This document shows, one piece after another, positions 19,670-30,625 of a stretch of 64,000 nucleotides of DNA. The notes below the pieces were generated by a model. That model saw only the letters and a list, made by a program, of their open reading frames with translations. It was not told where the DNA came from and made no database searches. Where the stretch lies: the NCBI GenBank assembly GCA_963779755.1, contig CAVZZO010000001.1, positions 1,216,001 to 1,280,000 of the forward strand, written 5' to 3'. The stretch's first letter is position 1. Every line of letters begins with the position of its first letter. Both the position numbers and the translations under genes were made by a program. Source of the DNA: an uncultured Gemmatimonadales bacterium (GTDB taxonomy: Bacteria; Gemmatimonadota; Gemmatimonadetes; Gemmatimonadales; GWC2-71-9).

Positions 19670-21015
19670 AATCACTTCGGTGGCTGCTGGGACTGGCCGC
19701 CCTCTTCGCGCTGCCGCTTCAGGCCCAGGCTCCCTCGGTGACGATCTACAACGACGGCCGGGTGCTGGTGCGGCGGACCTTCCCGGTCGCCCTGCCGAAG
19801 GGCGTCTCCACCCAGCGGCTCACCACCGGCGCGCTGGATCCGGCCTCGGTCTTTCCGCTCGATCAGGACGTGCGGCTGGTCCGCGCGGCTTTCGACGGCG
19901 GTCTCGACCAGGAAGCCGCCCTCCGGCGCTCGGTGGGGCGGGAGCTGCGCTTCTGGCGGGAGAAGCCCGGCGACACCGTCCGCGCGACGGTGCTCTCGGC
20001 CGATCCGCTGAAACTGCGGCTGGGCGACGGCAGCATCATCTTCAGTCCTCCCGGTATGGCGCTCTATCCGGCCGATCTGCTGCCCGGTGGGCCGGAGCTT
20101 TTGCTGACGGTCGACGCCGCCCAGGCGCAACGCACGCTCGGCCTGGGATACCTCACCCAGGGGGCCAACTGGAGTGCCGGCTATACCGTGCTGCTGGGGA
20201 AGGGAGGCCAGGCTACGGTGCAGGGAGCCGCGGTGATCGACAACGGGAGCCTCGATCTCGACAGTGTGGCCGTGCAGCTCCTGGCGGGCAACGTGAGCCG
20301 GGCGCAGCCCCAACAGGGGCCGCAGCCCTTTATGGCGCGGGCGGCGGCACCGAAGGAGTCGGGCGTCATTCCCGGCGAGCAGCGCAGCGGCGAGTTTCAC
20401 CTCTACACCCTCCCTGGGGCCGTGAGCTTCCGGCCGGGGGTGACGTCGGTGGTGAGCCTGTTCGATCCGGCCAGTACCGGTTATCAGAAGCGCTACCAGG
20501 TGGCGGGCGAGCTGCCCTGGTGGGGCGGGCTGCCCCAGCATCCGGACGAGCAGGACGTTCCGGTGGAAGTGACCTATACCCTGGGGCGGCCCGCGAAGAG
20601 CAACTTCGGGTCGCGGCCGTTGCCCGGCGGTGTCGCCCGCCTCTACCAGCCGGACAGCGAGGGGCGTCCCCAACTGGTCGGGGAAGCCGCTGTGGGCCAT
20701 ACCCCGGCCGGACAGGACCTGCGGATCGCCGCGGGCACGGCGTTCGATCTCACAGCGCGGCGGACCCAGACCAGCTACGCGCTACAGCGGGACAGCAGCC
20801 GGACCACGGCAACGGCCGCCTACGAGGTAAAGCTGGCCAACGCCACCGATTCAACCGCCACCGTGGAGGTGCTGGAGCAGCGGGCCGGCGACTGGGAAGT
20901 GGTCTCCAGCTCGGCGCCGGCGGAGCGGACGTCCTCCACCACCGTCCGCTTCCGGGTGCGGGTGCCGGCGGGCGGCGAGACGGTGTTGCGCTACCGGGTG
21001 CGGGTGCGGTGGTAA
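19666..21015 (+). CDS. Secreted DUF4139/DUF4140-like protein
   Basis: Signal peptide; SVTIYN.GR.LVRR, YLT.G.NW.A.Y, FHLYTLP, PLPGG..RLY, FRV.VPAGGE..LRYRVR. Confidence 0.8.
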   Translation: MKSLRWLLGLAALFALPLQAQAPSVTIYNDGRVLVRRTFPVALPKGVSTQRLTTGALDPASVFPLDQDVRLVRAAFDGGLDQEAALRRSVGRELRFWREKPGDTVRATVLSADPLKLRLGDGSIIFSPPGMALYPADLLPGGPELLLTVDAAQAQRTLGLGYLTQGANWSAGYTVLLGKGGQATVQGAAVIDNGSLDLDSVAVQLLAGNVSRAQPQQGPQPFMARAAAPKESGVIPGEQRSGEFHLYTLPGAVSFRPGVTSVVSLFDPASTGYQKRYQVAGELPWWGGLPQHPDEQDVPVEVTYTLGRPAKSNFGSRPLPGGVARLYQPDSEGRPQLVGEAAVGHTPAGQDLRIAAGTAFDLTARRTQTSYALQRDSSRTTATAAYEVKLANATDSTATVEVLEQRAGDWEVVSSSAPAERTSSTTVRFRVRVPAGGETVLRYRVRVRW

Positions 21016-21866
21016 CACCGGTGGCCCTGGTGCATCTCTCCGACCTCCATTTTGGGGGGCCGGCGGATCTGGACCAGTTGGAGGCGCTGGAGGAGCTGGT
21101 GCCGACGCTCGGCGCCGGCGCGGTGGCCGTCTCGGGTGATTTTACCCAGCGGGCGAGACACGGCGAGTTCCAGGCCGCCCGGGCCTTCGTGCGCGGGCTA
21201 AGCCGGAGCGTGCCGGTGCTGGTCATTCCGGGCAACCACGATGTCGAATGGTGGTGGAGTCCCTTCCTCTTGCGGGGCCGCGGACCCCTCTACCGGAAGT
21301 ACCGGCGCTACTTCGGGGAGAACCTGACGCCGGTGATGAACGTGCCCGGGGCGGTGCTGGCGGGGGCGCTCTCCAGCCACGGCGTGGCGGCCGGTTCGCT
21401 CACGCCCAACCTGCGCGATCTGGCCGTGATCGGCCATCTGCCGCGGGCGGAGACCGACCGTCTGGCAGGCGTCTTCGCCGCGGCCCCCGAGGGGGTGCTC
21501 CGGGTGGTGGTGGTGCACCACAACGTGCTCCGGGGCGAGCTCTCGGGCCGGGACGGGCTGGCCAACTGGCGGCGGGCGCAGCAACGGCTGGTCCGTTCCG
21601 GCGCCGACCTGGTGCTGTGCGGGCACGATCACCAGGAACGGGTGGGCCAGCTGGAAGGGCGCACGGTGGTCTGCACCGCCGGGACCCACAGCCGCCGCTC
21701 GCGCGCTGGCCGGGAGGCGGTGTTCCACCTGATCCGGGCCGAGGACGAAACCATCCGGGTGGAGCAGTATCGCTGGGACCGCGCAGTCCGGCGTTTCGAT
21801 CGTTCCGATACTCACGTTTTTGCGAGACAGGCTGCCTATGCCGTCGCGGCGAGCAAAGCACTCTGA
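21009..21866 (+). CDS. Calcineurin-like metallophosphoesterase
   Basis: HLSDLHFG, SGDFT, PGNHD, HH, GHDH; GTG start at 21009 or 21021. Confidence 0.88.
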   Translation: MVTPVALVHLSDLHFGGPADLDQLEALEELVPTLGAGAVAVSGDFTQRARHGEFQAARAFVRGLSRSVPVLVIPGNHDVEWWWSPFLLRGRGPLYRKYRRYFGENLTPVMNVPGAVLAGALSSHGVAAGSLTPNLRDLAVIGHLPRAETDRLAGVFAAAPEGVLRVVVVHHNVLRGELSGRDGLANWRRAQQRLVRSGADLVLCGHDHQERVGQLEGRTVVCTAGTHSRRSRAGREAVFHLIRAEDETIRVEQYRWDRAVRRFDRSDTHVFARQAAYAVAASKAL

Positions 21867-22572
21867 GTCTTCCGGCCGGTTGCGGCTCGGCATGCCGGCC
21901 GACCAGCTCCTGGAGCGCCGGCTGCGTCTCCTGGGGCTGCGGAACATGCAGCGGATCAGGACTCATACCAACCGGACGGTCATGGTGACCTGGCACCGCG
22001 GAACCCTGCGGATTCATCGCGGCTACGCCTTCGCGCCCGACCGGGTGCTGCGCGCCATCGTACGCTTTCTCCGTCCCGGGCTGAAGCCGGGAGAGCGGAA
22101 GGCGGTAGAGCACGAGTTCCTGAGCTTCCCCGTGGAGCGCCACGCGCCCACGCCGCCGGGCAGCCGCTGCGGCCTGGAACGTCCCCAGCCCGGCGATCTC
22201 CGCCTTCTGCACCGGTTGGCCCTCCTGCACGAACGGCTCAATCAGAGGTATTTTGGCGGCCGGTTGCGCACCGTTCCTTTCCGGCTTTCGGGCCGGATGC
22301 GGACCCGCCTGGGAGAAGTGAGCGTCGAGATCGGCAGCGGCAAGCCGGTCGAGATCGCGCTGAGCCGGCTGCACCTGCGGCTGCATGCCTGGGAGGAGGT
22401 CGAGCATACCGTGCTGCACGAGATGATCCACCAGTGGCAGGCGGAGACGGGGCATCCGGTGGATCATGGCCCCATTTTCCGGCGCAAGGCACGCGAGCTG
22501 GGCGTTGCGCCCCGGGCCCGGCGGCGGGTGGGCGCCTCGCCCCGCCGCCTCACCGGCAGCAATGCGTCCTGA
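21838..22572 (+). CDS. SprT-like domain protein
   Basis: LN.RYFGG.L, SGRMRTRLG, HEMIHQW, DHGP.F. Confidence 0.82.
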   Translation: MPSRRAKHSESSGRLRLGMPADQLLERRLRLLGLRNMQRIRTHTNRTVMVTWHRGTLRIHRGYAFAPDRVLRAIVRFLRPGLKPGERKAVEHEFLSFPVERHAPTPPGSRCGLERPQPGDLRLLHRLALLHERLNQRYFGGRLRTVPFRLSGRMRTRLGEVSVEIGSGKPVEIALSRLHLRLHAWEEVEHTVLHEMIHQWQAETGHPVDHGPIFRRKARELGVAPRARRRVGASPRRLTGSNAS

Positions 22573-22585
22573 CGCTATCTTTCCC

Positions 22586-22732
22586 GCGACTAGCGACTAG
22601 CGACTAGCGACTAGCGACTAGCGACTAGCGACTAGCGACTAGCGACTAACGACTAACGACTAGCCACTAACGACTAACGACTAGCGACTAGCGACTGGCA
22701 ACTAGCGACTGGCAACTGGCAACTGGCAACTT
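22586..22732 (+). repeat. Tandem array of about 21 heptamers, GCGACTA grading into GCAACTG
   Basis: 9 perfect GCGACTA units, then ACGACTA/GCCACTA/GCGACTG/GCAACTG variants. Confidence 0.97.
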
Positions 22733-22757
22733 CGACCTTCGACCCCCGACGACCTTC

Positions 22758-23942
22758 ATGGCATCCCAATTCTCCGGCCTCGACTTCTACGATATCGACA
22801 GCCTCCTCTCCGAAGAGGAGCGCGCCGTTCGCGATACGGTCCGTACCTGGGTGGATGAGTCGCTGATGCCACTGATCGGCGAGTGCTACATCGAGGGGCG
22901 GTTTCCCGCAGAACTGATTCCCGGCATGGCGGAGTTGGGGCTCTTCGGCGCCAACCTGCCCGAGGAATACGGCTGCGCCGGGCTCAATAACGTGGCCTAC
23001 GGGCTGATCATGCAGGAGCTGGAGAGGGGCGACAGCGGCGTGCGCTCCTTCGCCTCGGTGCAGGGCGCATTGGTGATGTACCCGATCTTCGCCTTCGGCA
23101 GCGAGGAGCAGCGCCAGCGCTGGCTGCCCACCCTGGCCTCGGGCGAAGACATCGGGTGCTTCGGCCTGACGGAGCCGGACTACGGCTCCAACCCCGGCGG
23201 GCTGATCACCACCGCGCGGGAAACGAAGGATGGCTGGGTCCTGAACGGGACCAAGATGTGGATCACCAACGGGTCGCAGGCAACCGTGGCGGTGGTCTGG
23301 GCCAAGACCGGCAAGCTGGACGATCCCGGGTCCATTCGCGGGTTCATCGTTCCCAAGGACACGAAGGGGTTCTCCGCCCGGGACCAGAAGGGCAAGCTCT
23401 CGCTCCGGGCCAGCGACACCAGCGAGCTGATCCTGGAGGACGTGCAGGTGCCGAAGGACGCGCTCCTGCCCAAATCGGGCGGGCTCAAGAGCCCGCTGAT
23501 GTGCCTGACCCAGGCCCGCTACGGCATCGCCTGGGGGGCGATCGGCGCGGCCATGGCCTGCTACGACGAAGCCCTGAGCTACGGCAAGAACCGCATCATG
23601 TTCGGCCGGCCCATCGCGCAGACCCAGATCCAGCAGGTCCGCCTGGCCGAGATGCTGACCGAGATCACCAAGGCGCAGTTCCTCACGCTGCAGCTGGGGC
23701 GGCTGAAAGACCGGAAAACCATGACCCCGCAGCAGGTCTCCCTGGCCAAGCGGAACAATGTGAACATGGCCTGCGAGGCCGCCCGCGAGTCCCGGCGCCT
23801 GCTGGGCGCCAACGGGATCCTGGCCGAGTATCATTCCATGCGACACCTCGCCAACCTCGAGTCGGTGTACACCTACGAGGGGACGCACGACATGCATTCG
23901 CTTATTCTGGGCGAGGCGGTGACGGGGATGAGCGCGTTCTAG
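22758..23942 (+). CDS. gcdH: Acyl-CoA dehydrogenase (glutaryl-CoA dehydrogenase-like)
   Basis: ELERGDSGVRS, GCFGLTEPDYGS, LNGTKMWITNG, RYGIAWG, NLESVYTYEGT. Confidence 0.82.
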   Translation: MASQFSGLDFYDIDSLLSEEERAVRDTVRTWVDESLMPLIGECYIEGRFPAELIPGMAELGLFGANLPEEYGCAGLNNVAYGLIMQELERGDSGVRSFASVQGALVMYPIFAFGSEEQRQRWLPTLASGEDIGCFGLTEPDYGSNPGGLITTARETKDGWVLNGTKMWITNGSQATVAVVWAKTGKLDDPGSIRGFIVPKDTKGFSARDQKGKLSLRASDTSELILEDVQVPKDALLPKSGGLKSPLMCLTQARYGIAWGAIGAAMACYDEALSYGKNRIMFGRPIAQTQIQQVRLAEMLTEITKAQFLTLQLGRLKDRKTMTPQQVSLAKRNNVNMACEAARESRRLLGANGILAEYHSMRHLANLESVYTYEGTHDMHSLILGEAVTGMSAF

Positions 23943-24020
23943 GAACCAGGGATCAGGAATCGGGAATCAGGGCGACCTCCCCCCGCCCCGGTCCCCGATT
24001 CCCGGCTCCTGATCCCTGCC
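23942..24020. repeat. Inverted pair of GGGAATC / GATTCCC-type heptamer repeats (hairpin)
   Basis: ggaaccagggatcaggaatcgggaatcaggg...ccccgattcccggctcctgatccct. Confidence 0.75.
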
Positions 24021-24077
24021 CGATTAAGTTTGGGGAGCCCGTCTCCCACCGGAACCAAGTGACATGAGGAGATCCCC

Positions 24078-24827
24078 TTGAAGATCGCAGTCTGCCTCAA
24101 GCGCGTCCCCGATACGACGGCCAAGATCGTCATCGGGGCCGACGGTAAATCCATCGATGAATCGGGGGTGAAGTTTGTCCCCAATCCCTACGACGAATTC
24201 GCCCTGGAAGAGGCGCTCAAGCTCAAGGAGCAGGCCGGCGGCGGCGAGACGGTCGTGGTCAGCCTCGGCAGCGATGCCTCCCAGGAGACGATCCGCACCG
24301 CGCTGGCCATGGGCATCGATCGCGGCGTGTTGCTGCAGGCCGCGCCCCCGGCCGACGGGCTCGCGACCGCGCGCGCGCTGGCGGCCGAGCTGAAAGAGGG
24401 CGCGTTCGATCTCATCCTCTTCGGCAAGCTGTCGGTCGACGACTATAACCATCAGGTCGGCGTGATGACCGCCGAGCTGCTGGAGTTGCCGTGCGTCACC
24501 AGCGTCGCGCACCTCACGGTGAAGGACGGGGCGCTGGAGGCCGAGCGGGAAATCGAAGGCGGGGTCGAGGTCGTCACCTGCAGCCTGCCGGCGGTGCTCA
24601 CCTGTGACAAGGGCCTCAACAATCCCCGGCTGCCGTCCCTCAAGGGCATCATGGCCGCCAAGAAGAAGCCGCTGGAGAGCAAACCGGTGACACTCGAAGC
24701 CGGCACGCTCGAGGTGCAAGGCCTGATGCCGCCGCCCGAGCGGCCCGAAGGGAAGATCGTGGGCGAAGGGCCGGACGCCGTGTCGGAACTCGTCCGCCTG
24801 CTGCGGACCGAAGCCAAGGTGCTGTGA
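24078..24827 (+). CDS. etfB: Electron transfer flavoprotein beta subunit
   Basis: KIAVCLKRVPD, NPYDEFALEEA, ALAMG.D, REIEGG, PRLPSLKGIM.AKKKP; TTG with AGGAG. Confidence 0.95.
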   Translation: MKIAVCLKRVPDTTAKIVIGADGKSIDESGVKFVPNPYDEFALEEALKLKEQAGGGETVVVSLGSDASQETIRTALAMGIDRGVLLQAAPPADGLATARALAAELKEGAFDLILFGKLSVDDYNHQVGVMTAELLELPCVTSVAHLTVKDGALEAEREIEGGVEVVTCSLPAVLTCDKGLNNPRLPSLKGIMAAKKKPLESKPVTLEAGTLEVQGLMPPPERPEGKIVGEGPDAVSELVRLLRTEAKVL

Positions 24828-24829
24828 TC

Positions 24830-25798
24830 ATGCCGACCATTCTTGCCGTGACCGAACAGCGGAACGGATCTCTGCGCAAGGTGTCCCAGGAGGTCGTCGC
24901 CGCGGCGCGCCTCCTGGCGGGCGCCGACGGCACCGTAGCCGCCCTGGTTCTCGGAGCCGGCACCGTGACCGGCACCGAGGCGCTGGGCAAGGCCGGTGCC
25001 GACAAGATCCTCCAGGCCTCCCACGACGATTTTGCCCTGTACAATCCCGACGGCTACGCCGCCACCATCGCCGCGGTGGCCTCCGGGTACGATGGGGTCG
25101 TCTTTGCCGCTACCGCCACCGGCCGCGACCTGGCGCCCCGCGCCGCCGCCCGGCTGGGACAGGGCCTCGCCACTGACGTGACCGACATCGCCCGGGAGGG
25201 CGGGCAGATCACCGTCACCCGGCCGATCTACGCCGGCAAGGTGCTGCAGAAGCTCACCCTCACCGGCAAGCCCGCCCTGCTCTCCGTCCGGCCCAATACC
25301 TTCCGGCCCGAAGCGGCCGACCGGCCCGGAACCGCCGAATCGGTGACGGTTCCGGATTTCACCGCGCGCGTCACCGTCAAGGAGATCAAGGCGCCGGCCT
25401 CGGCGGCGCTGGATGTGGCGGAGGCCCCCATCGTCGTCTCTGGGGGCCGCGGCCTCAAGGAACCGGAGAATTTCAAGCTGCTGGAGGAGCTGGCGGGTGC
25501 GTTGGGCAACGCCGCCGTCGGGGCCAGCCGGGCGGTGGTGGATGCCGGCTGGCGCGACCACGCGACCCAGGTAGGGCAGACCGGCAAGACGGTGAGCCCC
25601 AGCCTCTATGTGGCCGTGGGCATCTCCGGGGCCATCCAGCACCTGGCCGGCATGCGGACCGCCAAGACGATCGTCGCCATCAACCGCGACAAGGACGCTC
25701 CGATCTTCAAGGTGGCCGATTACGGCATCGTGGGCGATCTCTTCGAGGTCGTCCCCAGACTCACCGAAGCGGTCAGGAAGGCCCGCGCCGAGCAGTAG
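24830..25798 (+). CDS. etfA: Electron transfer flavoprotein alpha subunit
   Basis: [44 protein letters not shown]. Confidence 0.96.
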   Translation: MPTILAVTEQRNGSLRKVSQEVVAAARLLAGADGTVAALVLGAGTVTGTEALGKAGADKILQASHDDFALYNPDGYAATIAAVASGYDGVVFAATATGRDLAPRAAARLGQGLATDVTDIAREGGQITVTRPIYAGKVLQKLTLTGKPALLSVRPNTFRPEAADRPGTAESVTVPDFTARVTVKEIKAPASAALDVAEAPIVVSGGRGLKEPENFKLLEELAGALGNAAVGASRAVVDAGWRDHATQVGQTGKTVSPSLYVAVGISGAIQHLAGMRTAKTIVAINRDKDAPIFKVADYGIVGDLFEVVPRLTEAVRKARAEQ

Positions 25799-25819
25799 TT
25801 CTGCCGGCGGCTTCGCCAG

Positions 25820-25853
25820 GGCTCCGGGCCTCCGCCCGGAGCCTCTCCTTTTT
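25820..25853 (+). terminator. Probable intrinsic terminator after etfA
   Basis: GGCTCCGGGC-CTCC-GCCCGGAGCC 10-bp stem followed by TCTCCTTTTT. Confidence 0.6.
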
Positions 25854-25882
25854 CCGGCTCGCAGCGTCCGCCCCGGGTTGCC

Positions 25883-26743
25883 ATGCTCGACTCCGCTCTT
25901 ATTGCCGCCGATGCCGCACGCCTGGCCCGACTGGCGCTGGCCGAAGACGGCGAGCGCGATATCACCACCGAGATCACCGTCACCGGCGGCGAACCGGCGG
26001 CGGCGGCCATCGAATTCCGCACCGGTGGCGTCATGGCCGGAGAGGTGTACGCCAGGGCGGTGGCAGAGCAGTGCGGCTGCCGCCTGACCTGGAGCGTGGC
26101 CGACGGTGTGCGGGTGGCGCCGGGCTCGGATGCCGGCATGCTGCGCGGCCCCCTGGCCGCCATCCTGCGGGCCGAGCGCCCCTTGCTGAACCTGCTGCAG
26201 CGCGCCTGCGGCATCGCCGGTGCCACCCGCGCCTATGTGGACGCCGTCGCCGACACCGGCGCCCGGATTCTGCATACCCGGAAGACGGCGCCCGGGTTGC
26301 GCCTGCTGGACGTCTCGGCGGCGCTGGCCGGCGGGGCCGCGCTGCACCGGCTGGATCTGTCGACCACCGTCATGGTGAAGGACAACCACTGGCAGGCCCT
26401 GCACCGGGAGGGCCGCACCCTGGCGGCGGCGCTGGAGGAGGCGCGCCGCCGGGGTATCCGGTCGCTGCAGGTGGAGGTGGAGAGCGAAGCCCAGGTCAGG
26501 GAAGCCTGCGACGCCGGCGCCACCCGGCTGCTCATCGACAACCAGACGCCGGAAACGGTGCGCACCTGGGCCGAGATCGCCCGGGAGCAACGGTCGGTCA
26601 TCGAGATCGAAGCGACCGGCGGCATTACCCTGGAAAACGTCCGCGGCTACGCTGAGGTGGGGGCGGACTTCATCTCCGTAGGCGCGCTCACCCATAGCGT
26701 CCGTGCGGCCGATCTGGGGCTGGAGGTGAGACGTGACACGTGA
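25883..26743 (+). CDS. nadC: Nicotinate-nucleotide diphosphorylase (carboxylating)
   Basis: ED..DITT, AER..LNLLQ, TRKT.PG.R, HR, VKDNH, EATGGITL, ISVGALTH. Confidence 0.93.
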   Translation: MLDSALIAADAARLARLALAEDGERDITTEITVTGGEPAAAAIEFRTGGVMAGEVYARAVAEQCGCRLTWSVADGVRVAPGSDAGMLRGPLAAILRAERPLLNLLQRACGIAGATRAYVDAVADTGARILHTRKTAPGLRLLDVSAALAGGAALHRLDLSTTVMVKDNHWQALHREGRTLAAALEEARRRGIRSLQVEVESEAQVREACDAGATRLLIDNQTPETVRTWAEIAREQRSVIEIEATGGITLENVRGYAEVGADFISVGALTHSVRAADLGLEVRRDT

Positions 26744-26840
26744 GACGTAAGAGGTAAGGCGGACCTTTCCCTTTTCCCCTTTTCCCACCCCTATATTTCC
26801 ACCGCGCCGTTCCATCCGACCAGATCCAGGAGCCGCTTTC

Positions 26841-28496
26841 GTGCCATCCATTCTGCCGATCCGTCATCAGCGGGACCTGCCGCTCGATCGTCTGCTACTG
26901 AAGGACCGGCCCGGCGACGAGGCCATCGAGATGGACGTGCTGTTCGTGGGGGCCGGCCCGGCGGGCCTGGCGGGCGCCATCGAGCTGGCCCGCCTGGCGA
27001 AGCGCGACGGCGAATCGGGGGGTGGGCTGGGCGAGCTTAACATCGGGGTACTGGAAAAGGCCGGGAGCCTGGGCGAGCACAATCTCTCCGGCGCGGTGGT
27101 GAATCCGCGCGCGCTGCGGGAGTTGTTCCCCGATCTTCCCGTTGACGACCTGCCGCTCCGCAGCGCCGTGAGCGGCGAGAGCGTCTATTTCCTGACCGAG
27201 AACCGCGCCCGGTCCATTCCCATCCCGCCTACCATGCGGAACCACGGCAATCACGTCGCCAGCATCTGCGAGATCGTCCGCTGGCTGGGAGAAAAGGCCG
27301 AGGAGCTGGGCGTGAACATCTTCCCCGGCTTTCCCGCCGATGCGCTCTTCACCGAAGGGAACCGGGTGCTGGGCGTGCGCACCACGCCGGGCGGGCTCGA
27401 GCGGGACGGCAGCCCCGGCTCCAATTACAGTGAGCCGACCGACCTCACGGCCAAGGTGACGGTCCTTTCGGAGGGCACCCGGGGGATGCTGAGCCAGGCG
27501 TGGCAGCAGTGGCAGCAGGTGAACTCGCCCAATCCGCAGATTTTCGCCCTGGGCGTCAAGGAGGTCTGGGAGGTCAAACGCCCGCTGGACCGGGTCATCC
27601 ACACCATGGGCTGGCCCCTTCCCGGCGACGCCTTCGGCGGGAGCTGGGCCTACCCCCTGAGCGAGAACCTGATCTCGCTGGGGCTGGTGGTCGGGCTGGA
27701 CTACCACAACGCCAACCTCGACGTGCACGGCCTGCTGCAGCAGATGAAGCTCCATCCGCTCTTCCGGCAGTACCTGGAGGGTGGCGAGCTGCAGGAATGG
27801 GGCGCCAAGACCATTCCCGAAGGCGGACTCTACTCGCTGCCGGACCGTCGCTCGGGCGACGGATTGCTGATCGTGGGCGATGCCGCCGGTTTCGTGGACG
27901 TGCCGTCGTTAAAGGGAATCCATTACGCCATTCAGTCCGGCATCTACGCCGCCCGGGCCATCTTCGACGCGCTGAAACGCGAAGATACCTCCGCTGCGGC
28001 CCTCGCCCCCTACGACGAGATGGTCAACGGCAGCTATATCGTCGATGACATGCGCAAGACCCGCAATATGCGACTGGGCTTCAAGGGTGGCTTCTGGGGA
28101 GGCGCGCTCAAGGCCGGGCTCATGTCGCTGAGCGGCGGCCGTCTGCTGGGCGGCCGGATTGCGGTGGAAGAAGATGCGGCCGAGCCGCGCGAGAGCGGGC
28201 CCGCCCCGGCGTTCCATCCCGACAACCGGCTCACCTTCAGCAAGGTCGATGCGGTCTTCAAGTCGGGGAACGCTACCCGCGATAGCATCCCGGTGCATCT
28301 GCTGGTGGGCAAGGACGTCACCGCCGCCGTGGCCGATTTCTACAGCCACGTCTGCCCCGCCGGGGTCTACGAGCAGGTGAGCGGCGAGCTGCGGATCAAC
28401 GCGCCCAACTGCGTGGACTGCAAGGCGACGGACGTGCTGGGACCCCGCTGGACCCCCCGGGAAGGCGGCAGCGGCCCCAAGTACCGGCTGATGTAG
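26841..28496 (+). CDS. Electron transfer flavoprotein-ubiquinone oxidoreductase (ETF-QO)
   Basis: VGAGPAGL, HNLSGAV, LGVKEVW, HTMGWP, GAKTIPEGG, KGIHYA, CPAGVYE, WTPREGG.GP.Y. Confidence 0.92.
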   Translation: MPSILPIRHQRDLPLDRLLLKDRPGDEAIEMDVLFVGAGPAGLAGAIELARLAKRDGESGGGLGELNIGVLEKAGSLGEHNLSGAVVNPRALRELFPDLPVDDLPLRSAVSGESVYFLTENRARSIPIPPTMRNHGNHVASICEIVRWLGEKAEELGVNIFPGFPADALFTEGNRVLGVRTTPGGLERDGSPGSNYSEPTDLTAKVTVLSEGTRGMLSQAWQQWQQVNSPNPQIFALGVKEVWEVKRPLDRVIHTMGWPLPGDAFGGSWAYPLSENLISLGLVVGLDYHNANLDVHGLLQQMKLHPLFRQYLEGGELQEWGAKTIPEGGLYSLPDRRSGDGLLIVGDAAGFVDVPSLKGIHYAIQSGIYAARAIFDALKREDTSAAALAPYDEMVNGSYIVDDMRKTRNMRLGFKGGFWGGALKAGLMSLSGGRLLGGRIAVEEDAAEPRESGPAPAFHPDNRLTFSKVDAVFKSGNATRDSIPVHLLVGKDVTAAVADFYSHVCPAGVYEQVSGELRINAPNCVDCKATDVLGPRWTPREGGSGPKYRLM

Positions 28497-28566
28497 CGCC
28501 GCTGGTTCCAGGCCAAGCAGGGGGGCCGCATCCTGGTAGGGGAAAGCCCGGGCAGGCGGCCCGGTC

Positions 28567-28989
28567 CTAGCGCTCGCCCAGGACCTTGATGATCACCCGC
28601 TTCCGCCGCTGGCCGTCCCACTCTCCGTAGAACACCCGCTGCCAGGGCCCGAAGTCCAGCTGGCCGCCGGTAATGGGCACGATCACCTCGTGGCCGATGG
28701 TGAGGCTCCGCAGGTGGGCCGCGGCGTTATCCTCGCCCGTGCGGTTATGGTGGTAGCGCTCCGGGTCCCAGGGGGCCACCGTATGCTCCAGCCAGTGCAG
28801 GATGTCGTGCCACAAGCCCGATTCGTGGTCGTTCACGAAGACCGAAGCGCTGATGTGCATGGCGGAGACCAGCACGTATCCTTCCCGCACCCCGCTGGCC
28901 GCCACCTGCTCGGCCACCTTGTCGGTGATGTCGATGATCTCCTGGCGCTGCCGGGTTTCGAACCAGAGGTAGTGGGTGTGCGAGGCCAT
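28567..28989 (-). CDS. yjbQ: YjbQ/UPF0047 family (secondary thiamine-phosphate synthase)
   Basis: IDIT..V, H.SAS..ND.E, Y.HN..GEDNA.AHL, G.WQ..FYGEWDG.R. Confidence 0.9.
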   Translation of the reverse strand: MASHTHYLWFETRQRQEIIDITDKVAEQVAASGVREGYVLVSAMHISASVFVNDHESGLWHDILHWLEHTVAPWDPERYHHNRTGEDNAAAHLRSLTIGHEVIVPITGGQLDFGPWQRVFYGEWDGQRRKRVIIKVLGER

Positions 28990-29179
28990 GGCGAGGATCA
29001 GGAATCAGAAACGGGGGATCGGGAGTGAGGAGCGGCCTGCCGGCTCCGGGCGGGGCGCCCTGTCCGGGGTGACCTCATCCAGCGTGTCGAGGATGGCGAT
29101 CCCCGGGTAGCGCGGTAGGACATGGGGCTGCTCCTGGCGCGGGGGAGGATAGTCGGGAATGTAACGTCCGGTCCCGCCG

Positions 29180-30547
<1,368 letters not shown>

Positions 30548-30625
30548 CGCGACCGTTCTCCCTGAGGCACCACAATCGCAGCCGCGACAGCAACCGCGAC
30601 ACGGAGATGCGGAGACGTCGCGGTC

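Noticed and set aside
19680..21866. 728-aa ORF as a single fusion protein (likewise 17653-19380 and 34304-35845)
   Set aside because: Only the 3' parts carry motifs (phosphoesterase, IDH-family, MobA); the 5' parts are off-frame read-through of neighbouring genes.
22586..22732. CRISPR array
   Set aside because: Contiguous 7-bp units with no unique spacers, and no cas genes in the window.
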